The position numbers and the translations under genes are program-made. DNA of 40,243 bases from IMG/VR virus record IMGVR_UViG_3300028968_000002; one strand, 5' to 3'. This document shows positions 32,988-40,243 of this stretch, piece by piece. The notes under the pieces were generated by a model, which saw only the letters and a program-made list of their open reading frames with translations, searched no databases and was not told the origin of the DNA. This stretch comes from a virus. How positions within the stretch are numbered: position 1 is the first letter of the stretch; each line of letters starts with the position of its first letter.

Positions 32988-33452
32988 ATGAAAGGAATAA
33001 ATATGGAAAATTTACAAGTAACAAGCTTAGAACAATTAAAGAAAGTAAAAAGAACAGAAATTATAGAGTTAGGCAAATTCGAGGACGGGACAACATTTGT
33101 AGCAGAGCTAAAAAGACCTAATATGATGAATTTAATAACTCATAAAAAAATACCTAATGCACTTCTAACAGAAGCTACGCAACTATTTAACGGGAAAAAT
33201 AAATTAGCTAATAAAGTAGTAGCAGAAGATGATGGAGAATCTTTAGCGCAATTAGGGGAATTGATAGAAGTATTAGCAGAAGCATGTTTAGTTAACCCCA
33301 CTTATAAACAACTAAAAGATTTAGATTTAGATTTAACATTAGAAATGCAAATGTCAATAATGATGTATTCGCAAGGAGGGGTAGAAGCTCTAAAAAACTT
33401 TCGTAAAGAGCAACAACGTAATGCGAATAATAAACCAAGCATTGAAGTTTAA
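32988..33452 (+). CDS. Tail assembly chaperone (G-like)
   Basis: It is an acidic 154-aa protein located between the major tail and tape measure genes. Confidence 0.7.
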   Translation: MKGINMENLQVTSLEQLKKVKRTEIIELGKFEDGTTFVAELKRPNMMNLITHKKIPNALLTEATQLFNGKNKLANKVVAEDDGESLAQLGELIEVLAEACLVNPTYKQLKDLDLDLTLEMQMSIMMYSQGGVEALKNFRKEQQRNANNKPSIEV

Positions 33453-33648
33453 TAGACTACCTTCTGAAATATTACGAATAAATGATGAATATACAGCATT
33501 TTGTTTTGATGAAGCCTGTTTATATATAATCAACCAAATTGAAAATAAGAAAAAACCACATTTTAAAGATGAAAAAGTAGATAACGATAAAGATAAATAT
33601 TATTTAAATGACTTCCTTAGAAAACAAGCGATGAAAGGAGGTAAGTAA
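33394..33648 (+). CDS. Tail assembly chaperone extension (T-like), probably expressed by frameshifting from the G frame
   Basis: The +1 frame is open from 33394. The track ATG at 33421 has no RBS. The overlap contains an A6 run (33392-33397). The ORF ends in GGAGGTAAGTAAATG, which feeds the tape measure start. Confidence 0.55.
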   Translation, partial: KTFVKSNNVMRIINQALKFNRLPSEILRINDEYTAFCFDEACLYIINQIENKKKPHFKDEKVDNDKDKYYLNDFLRKQAMKGGK

Positions 33649-34021
33649 ATGAGTGTAAATTTAGGCACAGCAGTTGGATATTTAGAACTTAACTCGGACC
33701 GTTGGGTTAGCAGTTATAATACCGCTAGGCAACAAATGCAGACCTTAGCAGATAGTTCACAAAGTATGAGTAGTAGATTTCAAGCTGCAGGTCAAATGCT
33801 AACAAGAGCTGGAACAACTCTGACAACTTGTGTAACTGTTCCGTTAGCTGGAATAGGTGCGGCAAGTGTAAAAACTGCTGCTGATTTTGAATCTTCTATG
33901 TCGAATGTGCAAGCTTTGTCCGGCGCGACAGGTAGTGAATTAGAGCAGTTATCTAATCTAGCTAAAGAGATGGGAGCAAACACACAGTTTAGTGCAAGTG
34001 AAGCAGCTGATGCATTAGGCT
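33649..34021 (+). CDS. Tape measure protein, exon 1 (124 codons plus the first base of a Tyr codon)
   Basis: The sequence is ...AADFESSMSNVQALSGATGSELEQLSNLAKEMGANTQFSASEAADALG, which is the start of a TP901-type TMP core. The frame then hits TAA at 34021-34023. Confidence 0.8.
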
Positions 34022-34387
34022 AAAAAGGGACTTTATTATGTTAATACACTTAGTAATAAAGTTGTGGCGTCTATAGTGAATGCTTACAAGTAGACTATAG
34101 ATTATAAGAGGGCAAAATCGGTAGATAGTGTAGTGTCTAAATACCGAGATAACTTATATGATTAACAGCAATAAGTATTGTAACGAGTTGGGAATGAACC
34201 TATTTAGTTGAGATACTTAATAGAATATAAATTCCCCATGAGTGTCCTCCATCGGTAAGCTCTATATTATGAAAAATTAATATAGATGGTGAAAGTGTAC
34301 TCTAGACTAGGCTTGAAATGACAAGCCGATGAAAATGAGGGAAACCTCTAGAGATTGAGATAAAAAACTCAATGTTAATAACATTCG
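34022..34387 (+). ncRNA. Candidate ORF-less group I intron (366 nt) interrupting the tape measure gene
   Basis: Excision joins T34021 to AC34388-34389, making TAC, and gives ...EAADALG-Y-MALAGWDTQQ.... The 5' exon ends in U and the insert ends in G. Helices found by hand are 34030-38/34054-62, 34082-87/34255-60, 34261-69/34278-86, 34135-39/34303-07, 34310-15/34322-27 and 34354-59/34368-73. An IGS-like UGUGGC lies at 34063-68. Confidence 0.6.
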
Positions 34388-37300
34388 ACATGGCATTAGC
34401 TGGATGGGATACACAACAATCCATGAATGCACTTCCAGGGGTACTTAACCTTGCTGCAGCATCAGGAATGGGGCTAGCAGAAGCATCAGATTTGGTTACA
34501 GATTATTTAAGTGCATTTGGAGAAGAAGCAGATCAAGCTGGAAGAATGGCTGATGTATTATCTTACGCACAGGCTAATTCCAATACGACAACAGCTGGAT
34601 TAGGAGAAGCATTTAAGAATTGTGCTGCAAATGCCAATGCATTCGGATTGGATATAGAACAAACAACTGCTTTAATCGGCAAATTATCAGACCAGGGGCT
34701 AAAAGGCTCAGAAGCAGGGACGGCGTTAAGTGCAGTATTCAGAGATATTACACAGAAAATGAAGGACGGGAATATAACTATAGGAAAAACAAAGATTGCA
34801 GTGCAAGATGCAAATGGTAACTATAGAAGCATGACTGATATATTACGAGATGTTGAAAATGCAACAGATGGAATGGGAGATGCGCAAAAGAATGCAGCGT
34901 TAATGAGTACCTTTACATCTGATTCGCTAAAAGCACTAAACATACTTTTACAAACTGGTAGTGGAAACATAGAAGATTTTGAAAAAGAATTAAGAAATAG
35001 TTCTGGAACAGCAGAAGAAATGGCTAATATTATGAATGACAATCTTAACGGGCAAATAACTGCATTAAAATCCGCTTTAGAGGGTGCAGCTATAGCTATA
35101 GGAGAAGCATTGTTACCAATGATAAAAGGTTTAGTAAGTGTATTACAAGGCGCTCTTAATTGGTTTAATGGATTAAATGATGGAGTTAAAACAACAATAG
35201 TAACAGTTGGATTAGTAGTCGCAGCTATAGGTCCATTATTATTAATTTTAGGCTCTCTAGCAAGTGCGATAGGAAACTTAATAGAACTAAAAGCTTTGTT
35301 GGCTGAATCCAGTATATTAAGTAGTGCAATAGGTAGAGTATCAGGACTGTTTACTAGTTTAAGGAATGTAATTATGGGGTCGGTAGTACCAGCAATACAA
35401 TCATTATGGGCATTTATGCTAGCAAATCCAATCACCTTTGTAATAGCAGCAATAGCAGCGTTAGTTGCTGGATTTGTATACCTTTGGAATAACTGTGAAT
35501 CTTTCCGTAATTTTTGGATTAACCTTTGGGATAATATAGTTTCTACGGTTAGTAAAATACCAGGTCAAGTTCAAAAGATTTTTAATGAACTTCCAGGGAA
35601 AATAAGTGGAGCTTTGGACTCAACTGGTGACGCATTGATAAATTGGGGTTACAGTATAAGCGGTGGAGTAGGAGATACCATGACAGATTTATATGGTGTC
35701 TTTAGAGATTCTTTTGATGGAATGGTAGAATATATTAAGAATATCACAACAATTGTAAAAGATATATTTACAGGCAACTGGGGAGCTATACCCGGAGATG
35801 TAGAAAAATTATTTACAGGTATGTGCAACAGTGTAGGTAATATTTTATCTGGATTAGCTAACATTGTAGGAGATGCTTTTGCAATGGTTAACGATGCTAT
35901 CCAAGCAGTGTTAGGAAAAATTTGGGGAGGAGTTATAGATTGGGCTAGCAATATTAATTCCGGTTTAGGGCAAGCCTTCTTGAATGCATATTATACCATT
36001 TCAGACACTTTTGATGGAATAATGACAGTAATTCGAGATGTTACTACAATAATTTCAGATATATTCCGAGGGGACTGGAGTAGTGCGGTTAATCACTTAA
36101 AAACATTATGGAATGATTTATTATTTTATGCAAAAATGATTTTTGGAGATATTGTAGAGTCAATTAAAGGGTTTATAGTTGGAGCAAAAGATTTTGTGGT
36201 TGATGGAGTTTCTAACATAGGCAAATCAATATCTAATTGGGCAAGCGATACTTATAATACAATATCTAACTGGGCAAGTAACACAATATCTGCCGTAGGG
36301 CAATGGTTTAATGAACTCCCTAGTAAGATAGGTTACGCTCTAGGGTTTGCACTTGGAGTAATTGCAGGATGGGTTGTAAATACATGGAATTATTTTGCTA
36401 CAAATATTCCTTTATGGATAAATTCAATTGGCCAATGGTTTAGCGAACTCCCTAGTAAGATAGAGCAATGGCTAACAACTACCTACAACAATATAGTAAC
36501 CTGGGGAACAAATATGTATAATAAAGCAAAAGAAACAGGTACCAATTTTGTTAACGGAATTATACAATTTTTTAAAGAATTACCTACTAAAGTACAAACA
36601 TGGTTTGATAATACATATAACAATACTGTTAAATGGGGATCTAATGTAGTGTCTAAAGGTAAAGAAACAGGTACCAATTTTGTTAATAGCATAGTTGATT
36701 TTGTAAAAACATTACCGACAGTTGTGCTAAATTGGTTAACGCAAACTTATAACAAAGTAGTTAGTTGGGCGACACAAATGGGGAATAAAGCTAGAGAAAC
36801 TGGAAGTACTTTTGTTTCTAAAGTAGGCAGTACAATACAAAGTTTGCCTGGCCAAGTATGGAGTTATTTAAGCCAAACCATAAGTAAAGCATCAACTTTT
36901 GTAAGTCAGTTCGGGCAAAAGGCTACACAAGCAGCAAGAAACTTTACTACTAATATAGTTAATGGAGTTAGAAATATACCAAATCAAATGCTTAGCATAG
37001 GAAGGAATATAGTGCAAGGCATATGGCGTGGAATTAGTGGAGCAGCAGGATGGTTAAGGAGTCAAATAAGTAATTTTGCTAGTGGAATTATTAAAGGATT
37101 TAAGTCAGCATTTAAGATAAACTCACCTTCTAAAATTATGCGTGATGTAATAGGGAAAGGCATAGTAGAAGGTATAGGTGTTGGTATAGACCAAAAAGAA
37201 GGTGACTTATTAACACAAGCAAATAAATTGGCAGGTAGTGTAGTTGATGTTATGAGTGGTAATATTGCAACAGCTAACTTATTTGATACTGCTAAAAATC

Positions 37301-37473
37301 TAACTACAAGCATGAATATAGCTACTAACCAAGCAACTGGACAAGATAAAGTAAGTAAATTTGATAGCTTGTTGCATGTAGAAAACTTAACAATAAACGA
37401 TGATAAAGATATAGAAACTTTAGCAAGTGATTTAGCATTCTATTTAAAAAGAAAAAACGTATTAACAGTATAA
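34388..37473 (+). CDS. Tape measure protein, exon 2
   Basis: The sequence (Y)MALAGWDTQQSMNALPGVLNLAAASGMGLAEASDLVTDYLSAFG continues the TMP core. It is followed by TM-like segments and long W/F-periodic repeats (NxxxW...N). Neither the track ATG at 34372 nor the ATG at 34390 has an RBS. Confidence 0.85.
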
Positions 37474-37485
37474 GGAGGTGTAGAA

Positions 37486-38244
37486 ATGGAATTTATGGAA
37501 TATAGAGATCCGATAATTTTATATCTAGATGATAAACCTAGCACAGATTACGGAATAAAAGCGTATGAAAGCAATATCCTTTCTGCCCCTTCGAAAAAGC
37601 TAGAGTTTATAGAAGTTGATGGAAGAGATGGAGCATTAACAGTAGACAATGGATATGAAGATTTTATACTAAAACTAAGTTGTGTGCTAGTAAACGAGCA
37701 TGATGAGATTGAAACTACTCCAGCATTAGCAAGGAGAGCAAAGAAATTTCTTCTTAATGGAACAACTAGAAAAATACAATTAAGTGAGGATATGGATTAC
37801 TATCTGTTAGGGACTTACAATTCTGATATCGACATAGAAGAAGCAATTGAAAATTTTGGACTGTTTCAGGCACAATTTAGATGTAAACCTTATAGATTTT
37901 CAAATAAAAGTAAGACAGTAGAGATAACTACTAAAAATACCGTAATAAAAAACGATGAATATAAAACCAAGCCTGTTATTGATGTGTATGCAACAGGAGA
38001 TATAACTATTAATATAAACAATCAAGAAATTATTTTAAAAGCCTTAGAAGGACATATACAACTTGATTGTGATTTAATGAATGCAACTACTGTTAATTCG
38101 CTTGGAAAAACAGTAAATGCAAATCAAAAGATGTATAGTGATTTTCCAATACTAGAAGAAGGTAATAATAATATAACTTGGTCCTTAGGAAGTGGAGCAA
38201 GTTTTACTAAAATAAAAATAGATTATAGAATGGTGGTGATATAG
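37486..38244 (+). CDS. Distal tail protein (Dit, Sipho_tail-like)
   Basis: The call rests on position after the tape measure gene, a size of 252 aa and an AGGAGG RBS. Confidence 0.8.
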   Translation: MEFMEYRDPIILYLDDKPSTDYGIKAYESNILSAPSKKLEFIEVDGRDGALTVDNGYEDFILKLSCVLVNEHDEIETTPALARRAKKFLLNGTTRKIQLSEDMDYYLLGTYNSDIDIEEAIENFGLFQAQFRCKPYRFSNKSKTVEITTKNTVIKNDEYKTKPVIDVYATGDITININNQEIILKALEGHIQLDCDLMNATTVNSLGKTVNANQKMYSDFPILEEGNNNITWSLGSGASFTKIKIDYRMVVI

Positions 38245-38245
38245 A

Positions 38246-40243
38246 TTGATACCAAGAATATATAATAATAGTTTTACAACATATGATAGTAATGGATTAG
38301 GTTTATTGGTAGATGCTATATCCTGCCAAGTCGAAGAGGAGTCTAATGGAGATTTCGAGTTAACACTTGTATATCCTTCCGATGGTTCTTTTTTTTATGC
38401 ATTAAAACAAGATAATCTTATAAAAGCCGATACATCTGATACTTTAAAAGGGCAACTTTTTAGAATAGATACTATAAGCAAACCTTTAAATGGGCAAGTA
38501 ACAGTATATGCAAAACATATAAGTTTTGACTTAGCTAAGAACTCTTTAAATGAAGATGTAAACGAAAAAAACATAAATTGTGAAAATGCTGGTAAGCATA
38601 TGCTTCAAAAGTCTGATGCTGACAGTAGATTTTCTGTTGAAAGTAATATAGAAATGCTAGGTAACTATAGTATGGATAGAAAAACAGATTGTTTATCTGC
38701 TATAGCTGGGACAAAAGGTTCTCTTATAGATACGTTTGGTAATGGACCTAAGCTTCTAAGAGATAACTTTACAATATCCGTACTTAATAGAAGAGGTAAG
38801 GATGATAACACTCTTATAGCTTATAAGAAGAACATTACAGGATTTACATTAGAAGAGGATTACTCAGAAATAATTAATGTTATAAAGCCTTATGCTACTT
38901 ATACAGAAGATGAAGTTGAAAAGACTCTATATATTGATGAAATAGGAGTAAAATCACCTAGATATATAGAAGGGGATATAGTAAAAAGTCGATGGATTGA
39001 TTTTTCAGATAAATTCGATGAAGATGAAACACCAACAAAAGAAAAATTAAAGAATCTAGCTGAAAAATATTTCAACGATAATAGCTGCGACCTTCCTAAA
39101 ATGACTTATAAAATAGAATTTCAACCGCTTAGCCAAACGGAAGAATATAAGGAAGATGGATTGGCTGAACTAGAATATATAGGCATGGATGACAGTGTCT
39201 ATATAGCTAACAGCAAATACGGAATAAGGGACCAAGCAAGAGTAATTAAAACAACTTATAACGTATTAGCAGATAAATATATATCTATAGAGTTAGGTGA
39301 TCCAAAAACAACGTTAGGAAGTATTATAAATAAATCTAATAACAATACAGTAACAAAAGATGAAGTAAAAGATCTTATAAATAAAAATAATAAAAAAAAT
39401 TATCCTAATACATTACCAATAGTGCCTGTTGTAACTATAGATAGAGCTGGATTTAAAACTATTTCTCTTAGTTGGCAATATGAAAATAAACCTTATTATT
39501 TTTATGAGGTATACGCAAGCCAAGAACAAGGATTTACACCTAATACTTTCGACCTAATCTTTAAAGGGCAAGCGAGTGCATTTCTACATGAAGTTGAATG
39601 TGCACAAACTTGGTACTACAAAGTAAGAGCTATAAATACTTATGGAAATGCTACAGACTTTTCAAAAGAAGTTAGTGCAACAACTACAAAAATAAGTGAT
39701 GCTGCGGAATATTTCCAAGAGGCTGCAATAGAAAGTGCACTTATAGGTTCTTTAAATGCAGATGTAATTAATGCAGGTAAACTTAAAGGAACTTATATAG
39801 ATGCTAGAAATATAAATGTAATTGATGGAAATGGAGATATTACATTCTCTGTATCAAGCGATGGTAAAGTGCGTATAAATGAAGGGGCAATACAGCTAGA
39901 TGAGGAAGGCATTCAGATTTTACATAAGAGCCAAAATGAATCCCTTGTAGGTAGGACAGTAATGGACGAGGAAGGTTTTAGAATATTAGACAAAGACGGG
40001 AATGAACTGGCGGATATAGGTGCTAGTGGAGCGCATTTTGCTAATATGACTGTAGATGGGAGATTTAACCATTATCCGAGCGCACAAATAATAGATAGAC
40101 AACAAGGATGGTCAAAAGATTATTATGTTGGGAAAATTGCTACAGGAGACGGTTCGGGAAGAGACGAAGCAAATAAGGCGGATAGTCTTCAGACTGTATT
40201 AAGAACCTTAAAATCAGATGGATGTATGTTTTTTAATGCAATA
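38246..40243 (+). CDS. Tail-associated lysin (Tal), N-terminal part. It runs off the window end and continues at 1..3603
   Basis: The TTG start follows GGTGGTG. The N-terminus IPRIYNNSFTTYDSNGLGLLVDAISCQVEEESNGDFELTLVYP...GQLFRI is typical of the prophage tail endopeptidase domain. An FN3-like segment (ISLSWQYENKPYYFYEVYAS...WYYKVRAINTYGN) lies at about 39460-39690. My manual translation found no in-frame stop up to 40243. Confidence 0.85.
   Translation, partial: MIPRIYNNSFTTYDSNGLGLLVDAISCQVEEESNGDFELTLVYPSDGSFFYALKQDNLIKADTSDTLKGQLFRIDTISKPLNGQVTVYAKHISFDLAKNSLNEDVNEKNINCENAGKHMLQKSDADSRFSVESNIEMLGNYSMDRKTDCLSAIAGTKGSLIDTFGNGPKLLRDNFTISVLNRRGKDDNTLIAYKKNITGFTLEEDYSEIINVIKPYATYTEDEVEKTLYIDEIGVKSPRYIEGDIVKSRWIDFSDKFDEDETPTKEKLKNLAEKYFNDNSCDLPKMTYKIEFQPLSQTEEYKEDGLAELEYIGMDDSVYIANSKYGIRDQARVIKTTYNVLADKYISIELGDPKTTLGSIINKSNNNTVTKDEVKDLINKNNKKNYPNTLPIVPVVTIDRAGFKTISLSWQYENKPYYFYEVYASQEQGFTPNTFDLIFKGQASAFLHEVECAQTWYYKVRAINTYGNATDFSKEVSATTTKISDAAEYFQEAAIESALIGSLNADVINAGKLKGTYIDARNINVIDGNGDITFSVSSDGKVRINEGAIQLDEEGIQILHKSQNESLVGRTVMDEEGFRILDKDGNELADIGASGAHFANMTVDGRFNHYPSAQIIDRQQGWSKDYYVGKIATGDGSGRDEANKADSLQTVLRTLKSDGCMFFNAI
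40145..40243. repeat. Second copy of the 99-nt terminal overlap
   Basis: It is identical to 1..99. Confidence 0.97.

Noticed and set aside
33390-33406. The canonical -1 frameshift on heptamer A-AAA-AAC for the G/T chaperones
   Set aside because: The -1 frame reaches TAA at 33404-33406 after four codons. Only the +1 frame is open through to 33648.
34022-34387. The TMP insertion as an IS/MITE or a group II intron
   Set aside because: There are no terminal inverted repeats or target-site duplication at the boundaries. The only repeat noticed, ATGTTAATA at 34038-46 and 34372-80, is internal and direct. At 366 nt it is too short for group II, and it lacks the GUGYG start and AY end.
34372-34392. 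ATG 34372 (track start) or ATG 34390 as an independent start for a separate C-terminal tape-measure protein
   Set aside because: There is no Shine-Dalgarno sequence upstream of either ATG. The encoded domain begins mid-motif, and the upstream 124-aa ORF ends mid-motif. A split-gene-by-intron model explains both observations better.
34620-37313. Track ORFs nested in or antisense to the tape measure gene (34620..34820 +, 34821..35435 -, 35649..35951 -, 36483..36692 -, 37062..37313 -)
   Set aside because: They overlap a long gene with clear TMP homology. They have no RBS and biased composition, so they are spurious.

Overview
The window is a complete, circularly closed genome of a temperate siphovirus-type phage or prophage. 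The unique length is about 40,144 bp, because bases 1..99 are repeated exactly at 40145..40243. The host is probably a low-GC Firmicute, likely Clostridium-like, judging from the very AT-rich sequence, GGAGG-type ribosome binding sites and a clostridial-style large serine recombinase; that host call is inference. The window opens inside a roughly 1833-aa tail-associated lysin gene that starts at 38246 and wraps across the junction to 3603. Gene order from there is: tail fibre/RBP; a lysis cassette (NrdD-like moron, membrane protein, holin, amidase endolysin, small peptide); a minus-strand accessory cassette (Zn-ribbon membrane protein, BRO-N antirepressor-like protein, RHH protein); then the lysogeny module (serine integrase, lipoprotein, a LexA-box-controlled mini-unit, and a CI-like/Cro-like switch). 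The early and replication genes follow (Ant/KilAC, ERF recombinase, HNH endonuclease, RHH, replisome organiser, DnaB helicase, VRR-NUC, sigma-like factor, ThyX-like protein, ArpU/RinA-like late regulator), preceding a structured leader. The morphogenesis module comes last (TerS, TerL, portal, MuF, scaffold, capsid, connectors, major tail protein, G/T chaperones, tape measure, Dit, Tal). The most interesting observations are listed here in order. (1) The tape-measure gene is split by a 366-nt ORF-less insertion whose removal restores a continuous reading frame and which has group I intron hallmarks. (2) A self-contained promoter / LexA (Cheo) box / 32-codon ORF / terminator unit is convergent on a CI-like repressor that lacks a cleavage domain. 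(3) A 93-aa stand-alone protein matches the C-terminal glycyl-radical loop of anaerobic ribonucleotide reductase NrdD. (4) An Arc-like/Ant-like cassette is bracketed by a 28-bp duplicated terminator. (5) An in-frame TGA sits inside the conserved C-terminal region of the MuF head-morphogenesis gene. (6) A highly structured terminator-containing leader lies just upstream of terS. No rRNA, tRNA or CRISPR array was seen by eye. All homology calls rest on motif recognition, not database searches.
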